Of a DNA stretch of 64,000 bases, positions 1 to 13,403 are shown piece by piece; the first letter of the stretch is position 1; every line of letters starts with the position of its first letter. A model generated the notes under the pieces. That model was not told where the DNA came from. It saw nothing but the letters and a program-made list of their open reading frames with translations, and did no database searches. Location: NCBI GenBank assembly GCA_009914755.4, contig CP068257.2, positions 23,616,001 to 23,680,000 of the forward strand. Reading direction: 5' to 3'. The DNA is from the human T2T-CHM13v2.0 reference genome, Homo sapiens. A program made the position numbers and the translations under genes.

Positions 1-1230
1 TTCTACATGTCACACCGGCAGGCAACACAGCATTAACAAATGCAACTGTCCAACAACTCACAAGCTCTACTTCCTTTATTTTTTTTCTGTTTTCCAGGTG
101 CCCCCTTCATAGAATTTCTCATTCATTGATGTGGTCCAATACCATATCATCAATCCCTGTGTCCCTGAAGCAAATTCATCAAGTAATCCATTATGCTCAA
201 AGTGGGCGTAAAATATTTTTATTTATCCACAGAAAGTCTGGATCATTCTACAGATTTCTTTGTTTACTTCCTCAGACACCCCACTCCTACCCATTTTTGG
301 AAAAGTGTATATAACATGCAATCGATTTTCACATTCTATCCTTTCTTCTAGGTAATGACAGGGCCAGTTTACAAAAAAGTGTGTTCATTTCCTCCTTTCA
401 GAGTCTCCACATTGAGCCCAGGTGCAGAACATGTGCCCTCATCATGCCAATATCCTTCTGCTGTAAGGTATGGAGTGGAGCGAAGTCATGTGCTAAGATC
501 AGCCCAGGGTGGGTGTTCATTCTCTCAGGCTCCCTTTGTCCACTGCTCTCTCAAACTCTCTTTAAAGCATGGCAAGTAAAAATGGTGAATGTTCCTTTCT
601 GACCAATTTTTTTAAAAAAATCTTGAATACTTTTTATTTACTCAATTGAAGTTTTAAATACCTAAATTTAGAAACTTCTATATTATTTCTAAATTAGTGT
701 TCTATTTTTTAATATGGTAGCAGGAATTAACAGGATACATGGTAGGTCTTAAAGATGAGAGATTTTCTATCTTAAATGTAGGAATAAATAAACATTTATT
801 GTATAACATAGATTTTCAATGAATATTTTGATAAAGTAGAATCAGAAATATAAATTCAGTTGCCCTAGAACCATCTGGGTAGCTGAAGATGGACTCTAAA
901 GAGCAACAAATAATAATAATTAACATTTATTAAGCATTCTTCCTAAAGGTAAAAATGTATTACCTCATTTAATCTTCATAATAAACCTATAGTTAGGCAC
1001 TGTTATTTCCTCATTTTGCTGATAAGGAGACTGAGAAACAAAGAAGTTAGGTAAACTTTTCTTACAGTTAGGAAGAGAGAGAGCCTGGATTCAAATCCTT
1101 ACCATCTTGTTCCACAGACTATATTTAACTAGAGTGCCTCTAATATAGAACAAGTCAAGGCCTTCAACTGATGCATCAATAAGAACAATAAGATAAAGAG
1201 GCAGAAAATGGACATACAGGTGATTGGTAG

Positions 1231-1250
1231 ATAGCTAGCTAGCTAGCTAG
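1231..1250. repeat. (AGCT)n short tetranucleotide run (atagctagctagctagctag)
   Basis: Direct reading: about 4.5 tandem AGCT units immediately 5' of the GATA STR. Confidence 0.8.
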
Positions 1251-1272
1251 ATACAAACATACATATATAGAT

Positions 1273-1319
<47 letters not shown>

Positions 1320-1340
1320 GGATAGATAATAGATAGATAC
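1273..1340. repeat. (GATA)n tetranucleotide STR, about 11 perfect units then interrupted units; part of a compound GATA/GATG/GGAT array extending to about 1445
   Basis: Direct reading: gatagatagata... perfect from 1273 to about 1318, then gatagataatagatagatac. Followed by (ATG)6 at 1371-1386 and GGAT/GATG-rich sequence to about 1445. Confidence 0.9.
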
Positions 1341-1370
1341 TTAGAGAATGGACGGATGGAGAGAGAAAAT

Positions 1371-1386
1371 GATGATGATGATGATG
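1371..1386. repeat. (ATG)n / (GATG)n short microsatellite
   Basis: gatgatgatgatgatg read directly. Confidence 0.8.
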
Positions 1387-3231
1387 AGAAACTGATGTGG
1401 ATGGATGGACAGATGGGTGGACAAACAAATGAACAGAGAGATGGATGAAAAATAAAAGATAAAAGATTGATCACATCCCTGTTTCCAAGGCTGTAATTCA
1501 AGCTGGTCCACAGTTCAAGTTTCACATCACTCTTGGAATTTGTATTTTTTCCATTCAAAACTATCTTCAATTTATTGTGCTAGGAGCCACAGATACAGAG
1601 ATGTCCAAGAGGCTGATTCTGTCCTTAAGAGTTCACAGTCAACAAGCGGGGACAGAGAAGAAAATAAATTGCTATAAACTGCACAGCAAACATAACAGAA
1701 GTAAGCCAACGCCAAAAAGGGAAAAGTAGGGGCAGAAAAGAGGGGAAAAAAATCAAGCGTCTATATGTTGCTCTTACAAAATATCATTCAGAACTGCACT
1801 CAAATCTGTATATGTGAAATGTCTAGGCTGATTGAATAGGGAGTTTCCATTTTCAGTCTTTTGGTCAGGCTGGGAACAGTAGACCTGGGGTTGTAAGGTG
1901 TACAAAGAGTACAGGAGCCTGGGAAGCCAGTTTCTGTGCAGCGCATTGCTCAGAAGCAAGGATTTGGGCCAGACTAATCTAATTTAACTCTTAATTAACT
2001 GTCATCTGGCACTTAAGAAATCTGTGGGCTACGTAAAATTAATGATAGTTCAGTAAATATATACTGATGCTGACCTAAATCTTATTCCTAACCTGAATCA
2101 TGTTCAGCTCCTTTTAAAAACTGAACATCATTTTCCATCAAACGTCTATTGAATTTTAATTATAACTCATATTCATGAGTGTTTTCTACGTGTCATGCAT
2201 TATTTTAGGTACTTCACAAGCATTTTCTCACTTAAAACTTACAAAACCTCTTGAATTTCTACTACTCCCTAGAGGAAATTGAGCCACTGAAAGGTAAAGT
2301 AGAATGCCCAAGATCCCAGAGCTAATAGATGGTGAAGTTTAAATTCAACCCCAGATGGTCAGATTGAAGAGTCTATACTTGAAACCATCTTACTATAGTG
2401 CCCTAGCACCAACAGCATCTTTGTTAATGCATGTTACTCTATTTTAGATCAAATATTTACCCCAGAAGTTACATTGAAAGCATGGGCCACTTCTAAGCTT
2501 GGCTAGTTGTAAATAAATACTTTTCAAAGGAAATGATCTAAGATTGTTCCTATTCATATCACTGAGCCAATTCTGGCTTAAGGGATAGCTCAGCATATAC
2601 AAGTTCAATGAGTAGTAAGAAAAAAATCCCTATGCAAAAGTTGCTGTCTGATTTAATAGAATTTTTTAATTTCTGTGTATCTCTGTTTAATCTTACTTGG
2701 CTTTTAATAGTCCATCAGGAGGAATGATATTCAAATGCTTTCAAATAAATTTTTGTAATATGCACATGTAGATAAGAAGAATATTTCACTAATATCTAAT
2801 TTCCTTATTTGTTACTATCGCTCACTATTTTCTTTCAAAAAAACAAAGTTTTCTATGTCAAAGAAGGTGTTTTATTTTTACCATGCTAAGGGTATTAGCA
2901 CAATTGCATCTGTTTTAGATAGATATTGTCATATATGATCAGTATTTGTACTAATAATGTAGTCAAAATTATAATATTATTTTATGTTAAAACAGTTTAT
3001 CACAATAATTGTTAATATTTTCCTTTGAATTGTACTTTCTGCTTGTTTGGAGGCTTTGTGCTACACTCTTTATGTGCATAACAAGAGAATAAATACATTG
3101 TTATATTCATATAACAGAATACCACTCAATGATAAAAAAAGAAATGAATTATTAATTGACACAAGGACATAGATATATTTCAGAAACACTTCATGAAACA
3201 CCTTCAAAAGGCATTTGCTGGAAGAAAACAT

Positions 3232-3260
3232 ACACACACACACACACACACACATACACA
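3232..3260. repeat. (CA)n dinucleotide microsatellite, about 11 units plus an interrupted tail
   Basis: acacacacacacacacacacacatacaca read directly. Confidence 0.9.
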
Positions 3261-4686
3261 TTCATACTGCATGATTGCATTCATATGACCTACAAGAATA
3301 ATCAATTTATGATAATGGAAGTCAGAAAAATAGTACTTCCGTGGATAGAGAAAATTGACTCGAAGAGCACATAAGAGATTTTGTGATAAAAATATGTTTA
3401 TTGGAGTGGCGGTTATGTGGATGTATATAATTGTCGAAGGTAATCCAATTGAACCTTTAAGATTCACGCTTTTGTATTTTTTGTGCTTTTTTTCTCAATA
3501 AAAATAAATAAATAAAAGGCATCTCTGCAAGAACATGTACTCGGTTCTCTGAATACTTTCATGCATATTGATAATACAGGTATACCTGTCTGTTTATATC
3601 AGTGTTTCTTAACCTTGGCACTACTGGAGTTTTGGACCCGATGTTTTTCTCTCAGAGTGGGTGGAGAGGGCTGTCCTTTGCATCGCAACATATTTAGCAG
3701 TATCCCTGGTCGCTACCCACTAGATGCCAGTAACATCCCCAGGTTATGACAACCAAATTTTCTTCAGACATTGCCAAATATTTCCTGGGATGGGGCTGGG
3801 GGGAATTGACCTAGCTAAGAACCACTGATCTACCTGTATATGTACACAACAAATCCTACCTAATGGAATCTTTACCAGAATGTGCGTAGTGATTACCTTT
3901 GGGCAATGGGAATATAGACTACTTACTTACATTCTTTCTGTAAACATGTGTTCATGTGTATGTGTTTATACACACATACATACAACATATATCATTTTAT
4001 CCAAATATAGCATATATAATTTTAAAATCTAAATATCTTAAAAATTAGCAGAAACTTGTGAAAGGAAATCAAATCTTGGGACCCAAACTCATTAAACCAA
4101 AGGAAAAATTTAAGCTGGTAACTGAGTCACACAAACCTACCTCCCTCTTTGGGTTCCTAAATAAGATGGGTACAAGATGAAAAGGTACAGGCCTACCCCA
4201 TATTTTGCTCACAAGGAAATTCCTAGTTAGCTCCAAGATCTTTACCCTAAGGTGTTTCTGTTAAGATTTCACCATGGCAATGTGAATTGATAGCTTAGTT
4301 TTACAGGTGCAGTCACCATCCTGCCCACCAGACACAACTGCACATCTGGTTATTTCCCTGCCCTATTTTGTCATGTTATCTTATATAAAAATGCAGATTC
4401 TCTGCATTTTTCCTATGCCCCATTTGTCTATCTCATCTTAAGTAAAAATGCAGATTCACGAGCCAGACAAACGCATGAATGACCATTTTTTGCTACTCCC
4501 CCTTTCATGAAAAGTGTGTACTTCTCAATATTCTCCCCTTTCTCCTTTAAATTTGGAGCCTTAAAATTATCTTTAGAGAAAGGCATAGACCTGCCTCCCA
4601 GTCAGGCTCACATCCTTAACTTTGGCAAAGAAACTTCCTAAAATGATTGATACTTGTCATTTTTCTCGATTGACAATCTCTTATAG

Positions 4687-5048
<362 letters not shown>

Positions 5049-6431
5049 TGACTTCTGCCCATATCTCCATGGACATGGAAGATCATGAGTGGCAGGATGG
5101 CTGGAGATGAGATTCTGTAAGGCTCACAGCAGCTGGAGGTGGCAAAAACCACAGAATAAAAGCAAGGACAGAGCAGTTCTGATGCACCTCTGGAGCCAGG
5201 CTCTGGTATTCCCCAAAGTAACGAGGCTCAGAAATGGTTTATAAAGTTGGAATTTGGAGTCATGGTCTGAAAAATGTGAGCAAGTAAAGAACAAATGGGG
5301 CAGAAAGAGGATAGATGATGGTGAATCTTCAAAGGTTAGCCTTTGAAGTTTGCTATCTTAAGAGGCAGCTGACGACTTAGAAAATGAGTTATTTCTACTC
5401 AATAGAAAAGAAATATTGTGGAAAAAGTATGCATCTGAAATGAGCATGAGGCCTTCTACATTCATTCAGCACAATTTTAGACCTTTGATTTTGCTCAGGG
5501 CTCTCTGTAATACCAATCTGTCTCAGTGCCTGGCGAGTTTCAGATCCTTTTCTGTTTATCTCATGTATCTTGTTCTGAGCTCATCCCTAAGACATCACAA
5601 GAGATATTGATTTCTTGACTTCCGGACACATAGTGTTCCTTACAACATGCCTGTCCTCATCCTCTGAAATTTTCTCCTCTGGTCCTTTTGAGCAACCATC
5701 CACTGACCCAATTGAATCCCCCATGACCCTCCTATATCAAACTGCATAAGGGTGTAGAACAGGACGGTCACAATGTACCATGGAGATTTTAAATCCTTTG
5801 TAAAATATAGAAAACAGTAACCAAATAAACCCCAAATAAAGCAGATCAACAGTTTTTTAGGTAAAGCAACCTAAAAACTAACCTGTCTACAAAAGGACAA
5901 GAGTAAAGTTATCAGAGGCATTTGAACCAAAGTGACTCCATTTTGAGTGAGGGCTAGGAAAATGAGGCCGAGACCTGCTGGGCTGTATTCCCAGAAAATT
6001 AGGCATTCCTAGCCTCTAGATGTTTACTGTTAAAGGAAAAACTAGTAATATTTATTAAACAGACCCATCTTGGGAGTGTCCAGATATCTCAATATCTAGA
6101 GAACAAAGGCATTCCTAATTTTGCTTTAAAGATAATAATATCAATTCCTTAAAAATACAGTATTTAAGAAAATTAATCCTTTATCACAAACCCTTATAGC
6201 AAAATACACCTCCCCATATATACAAGCATTGCTATGTACAGTGAATGCATTCCTCCTCTTACTTTTAGGCACGCCCTACTCTGTCTATGGAGTGGCTGTC
6301 TTTTCATCACTTTACTTTCTTAATAAACGTGCTTTTGCTTTGTACTGCATACTTGCCCTGAATTCTTTCTTGTGTGAAATCCAAGAACCCTCTCTTGGGG
6401 CCTGGATCCAGACCCCATTCATTTAACAAAG

Positions 6432-6802
6432 TGATATGGTTTGGCTCTGTGTCCCCATCCAAATCTCATCTTGTAGCTCCCATAGTTCCCACATATTGTG
6501 GTAGGGACCCAGTGGGAGATGACTGAATTATGAGGGCGGGTCTTTCCCATGCTGTTCTCATGGTAGTAAATGGATCTTATGAGATCTGATGGTTTTAAGA
6601 AACAGGAGTTGCCCTACACAAGCTCTCTCTTTTTGCCTGCTGCCATCCACGTAAGATGTGACTTGCCCCTCTTTGCCTTCTGCCATGATTGTGAGGCCTC
6701 CCCAGCCATGTGGAACTGTAAGTACAATTAAACCTCTTTCTTTTGTAAATTGCCCAGGCTCTGGTATGTCTTCATCGGCAGCATGAAAACAAACTAATAC
6801 AT
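6432..6802 (+). mobile_element. THE1-family ERVL-MaLR solo LTR
   Basis: Begins tgatatggtttggctctgtgtccccatccaaatctcatcttgtagctcccatagttcccacatattgtggtagggacccagtgggag... and ends ...attgcccaggctctggtatgtcttcatcggcagcatgaaaacaaactaatacat. Matches the THE1/MST LTR consensus termini as remembered (TGATATGGTTTGGCTGTGTCCCCACCCAAATCTCATCTTGAATTGTAG ... GACTAATACA). Confidence 0.75.
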
Positions 6803-7297
6803 AAAGATTGTTGATTTTAGGCAACTTGCTTTTGCTTAGTACAAGTTACTAGATAGTGAGCAGTAAGTTGGAATAACATAAATTCTGATGACGGTACCCT
6901 GTCATCTTCATCTTGGGACCTCATAATAGTTACTGCTATCATTTGAAGTAATACAAACACAATAAAGAATTATTTATTTTAATTATCTATAAGGCAGATT
7001 TACATAAATGGTACTGGAAATTTAACCTTTCATTTCTTATCTTAACCTATCTAAATAATGAGATCACAAAATGAATCTCTAATTCTCCCTTCAATTCTAT
7101 TGATCAGTATCAATAATTTTTAATTAGGCAATTTCTCATTTGCAGATCTTGCAAGTATTTATTTAATCAAGTCAGATGGTTTTATCTAGCTGATCTAATT
7201 TATAAAAGCATCATTTTTAACAATAAGTAGGATTTTGATAATAGTTTATTGTAGTGATCTACATATTATCTGAAAAAGCTAATCCAAAGACAAAAAA

Positions 7298-7404
7298 ACT
7301 AACATTACTCTCTTATATTTTCTGTTTTTGATAAACACAAACTCTTAAAAACTAATGTTACTGTATTATCTTTTCTGTTTTCAATAAACACTAACTCTTA
7401 AGAA
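7298..7404. repeat. Diverged two-copy tandem duplication, about 53-bp unit at about 80% identity
   Basis: actaacattactctcttatattttctgtttttgataaacacaaactcttaaaa is followed immediately by actaatgttactgtattatcttttctgttttcaataaacactaactcttaagaa. Confidence 0.7.
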
Positions 7405-8668
7405 CTGATTCAACAATAATGTGGCTAAATTTTTTAAATAATTGTATTCATTAGGGCATTCATAAACTCTTACTCTAATTTTAAAAATCATCATTTTGAT
7501 TTTCTCTACCACCAAAATGAAAATGTATCGAATGCTTTATCATCAAAATTACATGTAAAAAGATATCAAGGGTTTAGGGTAATGTTAGAATATATTTCTA
7601 CACTAAGGTATTATTTAGGATTTTTTAAAAAATAGGTATTTTACAACTCAGAAGAAACTTAGAATTGGAAATATGTATGGAAATCTTTTTTCCTCAAAAA
7701 TGAGAAATGGGTTATAAAGAAAATGAATATAAATGCTAATTCAAATATGAAACTTTTGCTTTTGAAAATCTCCTTGAATGTTCTGTATTTAGGAAAGATG
7801 ATTTAATATTTCTTGAAATATGTCCTTTAAATAAACTAGTTTATAATGTTCTCACTCTTTATCATATCAAAGCAAAGTAAATCTCGATGCCCTCTAAGGT
7901 AATTATTTGCTTGATTAAATCCCAACTATGTGGAATAATTTCAATTTGGACAACATACATTGTCTTTCTATGATAACATATAATAGTCTAAAACACAAAG
8001 GCCATAGTTTATCCTGGCCAAACATTTAACTCCAAAGCTTTATGCATTTCTGAATTCTAAAATCTCCTTATATAACTAATATTACATTCATTTTATTGAA
8101 TTCCAAAAAAAAATCTAGTTATTGCCAAAATAGTGATTTCCAAATATAATTTATAACCAAGAAAATATGATCATGGAAAACTGAAAAGGATCAAATCATT
8201 TGATCTTCTAAACAGCTATGAGCTTTTAAGAAAAAACAAATGTATTATATCTAAAAACAAAAAGATAATCACATTTGAATTGGTTTCTGTATATTTCTGA
8301 TACAATTTAATATTTATAGCTTTTAAACTATAACAGCTCAGATATATTTATATAACACCATATTATGTGAAAGTAAATATTTCATAATAAAGTCTTTAAA
8401 TTGTCACCAGGAAATCATTTTAAAAAATGATATGCTGATTTCTAAACCAGTATTTTATCTGTAAATTGTTTTCAAAGTTGTTTATTATATTCTGGTTTTT
8501 AAAAATAGTTCACAGTATACTTAATAATGCTATTGTCAAACAACATATTACTTATCTTTAAAACATAAGCATAGCTTTTAAATTGTATTCCCATTTAATG
8601 AAATAAAGTGAACACCAGGTAGCCCTTATATCTGTAAAAATTACAATATCATATTTTTTTAGGTTTAC

Positions 8669-8687
8669 AAAAAAAAAAAAAAAAAAC
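8669..8687. repeat. poly(A) run, 19 nt
   Basis: Direct reading. It may be the A-tail of an unrecognised upstream retroposed fragment. Confidence 0.8.
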
Positions 8688-8964
8688 ACCTGATCCTTTC
8701 AGGATATCTGAGATTCACTGCAAAATAATCCAGTGGGGGAGGGGAATAATAGATGAAATAAGAGTGGCCATGAATGGATCATTAATGTCAGGTGTTGAAT
8801 ACATGGTCGGGGGGAGGGGGAAAGAGAAACAGGACTATACTATATTTAGTACCGTTTTGTATATGGTTGGCAGAAAAAGTTTTAAAACTGCATATAACTT
8901 ATACGCAATCTATGTTCATAAAACAATAACACAATAAAAATAAGGTATTCAGGCAATAAATAGC

Positions 8965-11900
8965 ATGATGAATAGAATAGTATGTCACATCTCAATACTA
9001 ACATTGAATGTAAATGGCCTAAATGCTCCAATTAGAAGATATAGAATAACAGAATGGATAAGAACTCACCAACCAAGTATTTGCTGTCTTCAAGAGTCTA
9101 AATTGACACACAAGGACTCACATAAACTTAAGGTAAAGGTGGGGAAAAAGATATTACATGTGAATGGACACCAAAATCAAGCAGGAGTAGCTATCCTTAT
9201 ATCAGACAAAACAAACATTAAAGTAACAGCAGTTAAAAATGACAAAGAGGGACATTATATAATGACAAAAGGTCTTGTCCAACAGGAAAACATCACAATT
9301 GTAAATATTTATGCACCTAACACTGGAGCTCCCAAATTTTAAAACAATTACAAATAGACCTAAGAAATGATATAGGTAGCAATGCAATAATAGTGGGGGA
9401 CTGCAAACTTCACTGACAGCACTAGATGGGCCATCAAGACAGAAAGTCAACAACAACAAAAAAAATGGACTTAAACTATAGCCTAGAACAAATGTACTTA
9501 ACAGATATTTATAGAACATTCTACCAAACAACTGCAGAATATACATTCTATTCATCAGCACATGGAACATTCTCCAAGATAGAACATATGCTAGGCCACA
9601 AAACAAGTCTCAACAAATTTAAGAAAATCGAAATTACAGCAAGTTCTCTCTCAGACCTCAGTGGAGTAAAATTGGAAATGAACTCCATAAGAAACCCTCG
9701 AAACCATGCAAATATATGGAAATTAAACAACCTGCTCCTGAACAATCGTTGGGTCAACAATGAAATCAAGTTGGAAATTTTAAAATTCTTTGAACTGAAT
9801 AATAAATAATAGTGACACAACTTATCAAAACCTTTGGGATACAGCAAACCAATACTAAGAGGAAAGTTCATAGCATTAAATGCCTACATCAAAAAGTCTG
9901 AAAGAGCACAAATAGCCAATCTAAAGTCATGCCTCAAGGAACTAGAGAAACAGAAACAAACCAAACCCAAACTCAGCAGAAGAAAATAAATATCAAAATC
10001 AGAGCAGAACTAAATGAAATTGAAACAAAAAAACACAAAAGATAAATGGAACATAAAAATGTTTCTTTGAAAAGATAAACAAAATTGATAGATCATTAGT
10101 GAGATTAACCAAGAAAAGAAGAGAGAAGATCCAAACAAGCTCACTTAGAAATGAAACTGGAGATATAACAACCAATAACACAGAGATACAAAAGATCATT
10201 CAAGGCTACTGTGAACATCTTTACATGCGTAAACTAGAAAACCTAGAGGAGATGGAAAAATTCCTGGAAATATACAACCTTCCTAGGTTAAACCAGGAAG
10301 AAATAGAAACTTTGAACAGACCAATAACAAGCAGTGTGATTAAAATGACAATTAAAAAGATACCAACAACAAAAAAAAATTCAGCACCAGTGGGATTCAC
10401 AGCTGAATTCTACCAGACATTCAAAGAATAATTGGTACCAATCCTAGTGACACTATTCCACAAGATAAAGAGGGAATCCTCCCTAAATTATTTTATGAAG
10501 CCAGTATCATCCTAATACCAAAACCAGGGAAGGACATAACAAAAAAAGAAAACTACAGACTTATATCCTTGATGAACATAGATGGCCAAAATCCTCAACA
10601 GAATACTAGCTAACAGAATCCAACAGCATATCAAAAAAGATAATCCACCATGATGAAGTGGGTTTCATACCAGGGATGCAGGGATGGTTTTAAATATGCA
10701 AGTCAATAAATGTGATACACCACATAAATAGAACCAAAAACAAAAATCACATGATTATCTCAATAGACACAGAAAAAGCATTTGACAAAACCCAGCATCC
10801 CTTTATGATTAAAACCCTCAGCAAAACTGGCACAGAGGGGACATACTTTAAGGTAATAAAAGCCATCTTTGACAAATCAACAGCCAACATTATACTGAAC
10901 TGGGAAAAGTTGAAAGCATTGCTCCTGAGAACTGGAACAAGACAAGGATGCCCACTTTCATCGTTTCTATTCGATATAGTACTGGAAGTCCTAGCCAAAG
11001 CAATCAGACAAGAGAAAGAAACCATGGGCATTCAAATTGGTAATGAGGAAGTCATACTGTTGCTGTTTGCTGATGATATGATTGTATATGTAGAAAACCC
11101 TAGACTCCTTCAAAAAAAACCCCTAGAACTGGTAAATTGAATTCAGCAAAATTTCAGGATACAAAATTAATGTACACAAATAAGTAGCTCTGCTATACAC
11201 AAACAGCAACCAAGCTGAGAATCAAATCAAGAACTCAACCCCTTTTACAGTAGCTGCATAAAAAGAAAAAAAAAACCTTAGGAAAACTACAAAACACTGC
11301 TGAAAGAAATCATGGTAACACAAATTAATGCAAATACATCCCATGCTCATGAATGGGTAGAATCAATATTGTGAAAATAACCATACTGCCAAAAGCAATC
11401 TACAAATTAAATGCAATTCCCATCAATATATCATCATCATTCTTCACAGAACAAGAAAAAAAGAATCTTAAAATTCATATGCAACCAAAAAAAACCCACA
11501 TAGCCAAACCAAGACTAAGCAAAAGAACAAATCTGGAGGCAATACATTACCCCACTTCAAACTATACTGTAAGGCCATAGTCACCAAAACAGCATGATTC
11601 TGGTATAAAAATAGGTATATAGACCAATGGAACAGAATAGAGAAGCCAGAAAGAAAGCCAATTACTTATAGTCAACTGATCATTGAAAAAGAAAAAAAAA
11701 AAAAAAACATGAAGTGGAGAAAGGACACCCAGTTCAACAAATGGTGCTGGGATAATTGACAAGCCACAAGTAGAAGTATGAAACTGGATCCTCATCTCTC
11801 ACCCTGTACAAAAATGAACTCAAGATGGATCAAGGCCTTAAATCTAAGACCCAAAAACATAAAAATTCTAGACAATAACATTAGAAAAACCCTTCTAGAC

Positions 11901-13013
11901 ATTGGCTTAGGCAAAAACTTCATGACCAAGAACCCAAAAGCAAATGCAACAAAAACAAAGATAAATAGATGGGATTTAATTAAACTGAAATGTTTCTGCA
12001 CAGCAAAAGAAATAATCAGCAGGGTAAACAGACAACTCACTGAGCAGGAGAAAATCTTCACAATCTATATGTCTGACAAAAGACTAATATCCAGAATCTA
12101 CAAGGAACTCAAACAAATCAGCAAGAAAAAACAAACAATCCCATCGAAAAGTGGGCTAAGGACATGAATTGACAATTCTTAAAAGAAGATACACAAATGG
12201 ACAACAAACATATGAAAAAAATGCTCAACATCACTAATTATCAGGAAAATGCAAATCAAAACCACAATGCCATACCACCTCATTCCAGCAATAATGGCCA
12301 TAATCAATAAATCAAAAAATAATAGATGTTGGCATGGATGTGGTGAAAAGGAAACACTTCTACACTGTTGGCGGGAATGTAAACTAGTAAAACCACCATG
12401 AAAAACAATTTGCAGATTCCTTAAAGAACTAAAATTGGATCTACCATTTGATCCAACAGTCCCATTTCTGAGTATCTACCCAGAGAAAAAGAAGTCATTA
12501 TACGAAAAAGATACTTGCACACACGTTTATAGCAGCATAATTTGTAATTGCAAAAATATGGAACCAGCCCAAATGCTCATCAATCAATGAGTGGATAAAG
12601 AAAATGTGGTATACATACATACCATGGAATTCTACTCAGCCATAAAAAGGAATTTTAAAAAATGGCATTTGCAGCAACCTGGTTGGAATTGGAGACCATT
12701 ATTCTAAGTGAAGGAACTCAGGAGTGGAAAACCAAACATCGTATGTTGTTACTCGTAAGTGGGAGATAAGCTATGAGGATGCAACAGGATTAGAATGATA
12801 TGATGGACTCTGGGGACTTGGGGGAATGGGTGGAATGAGGGTGAGGGATAAAAGACTACACACTGGGTATAGTGTACACTGCTTGAGTGATGGGTGCGCC
12901 AAAATCTCAGAAACCACCACTATAGGAATTATTCATGTAACCTAACACCACCTGTTCCTCAAAAACCTATTGGCATAAAAATCAAATTAAAAAGAAACTT
13001 TAAAAAGTTTTAT
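8965..13013 (+). mobile_element. LINE-1 element (L1PB/L1MA-age), 5'-truncated near the ORF2 start, about 4 kb, degenerate ORF2 through 3' UTR
   Basis: ORF-track translations show the L1 ORF2 N-terminal endonuclease domain (8965-9342: ...ILTLNVNGLNAPIRR...CLQESKL...GHYIMTKGLVQQENITIVNIYAPNTGAPKF). The RT domain is at 10712-11140 (...[19 protein letters not shown]...[15 protein letters not shown]). C-terminal ORF2 segments are at 11353-11580 and 11778-12167. The 3' UTR ends ...cactgggtatagtgtacactgcttgagtgatgggtgcgccaaaatctcagaaaccaccactataggaattattcatgtaacctaacacc...ggcataaaaatcaaattaaaaag at about 13013. Many frameshifts and stops indicate an old, inactive copy. The 5' boundary is uncertain; 8700-8964 is unclassified. 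Confidence 0.9.
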
Positions 13014-13386
13014 TGAGGCATAATTGACAACAAACTATAGATACTTAAAATGTAAAATTTGAGAAGACTGGGCATATGCAAACACCCATGAAACCATCAA
13101 CACAAACTTGAGTATATCCTTTATCCCCTCAAATTTTCTCTTGCTTCTCTATAATCGTTTCCTCTTCCCATTACTTGCTCCCTTCCTTGAGCAAACACTG
13201 ATCCCTACATGGTGTAATATTTTGACCCATGATACCAATATCATGTATTTAGACCCGAAACATGGAAGTATCACAAAAATGTGATTTTTTTCTTTAAACA
13301 AAATGTACAGTTGTTTCACTGAATGTAAATTCCCTCTTCTAATTTTTTAACATAAAAGTGAACCCACGTCTACATTATGAAGTGAG

Positions 13387-13403
13387 GTGTGTGTGTGTGT
13401 GTG
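13387..13403. repeat. (GT)n microsatellite, about 8 units
   Basis: gtgtgtgtgtgtgtgtg read directly. Confidence 0.85.

Noticed and set aside
95-360. Splice-site-like motifs near the window start (ttttttctgttttccag|gtg at about 95; cttctag|gtaatg at about 350)
   Set aside because: Isolated consensus-like hexamers occur frequently by chance. I could not connect them to a sustained exon-like reading frame or recognise the sequence, so no exon is claimed.
9202-11031. Minus-strand ORFs (9202-9606, 9548-9871, 9999-10199, 10747-11031) antisense to the L1
   Set aside because: Chance open frames on the antisense strand of A-rich L1 sequence. The proteins are low complexity (F/L/I-rich) with no recognisable family.
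8965-12167. Series of + strand ORFs (8965-9342, 9426-9809, 10099-10431, 10712-11140, 11353-11580, 11778-12167) that could be read as a cluster of small adjacent genes
   Set aside because: They are consecutive, frameshifted pieces of a single LINE-1 ORF2 (endonuclease and RT motifs such as FADDM are present). This is not a multi-gene system.
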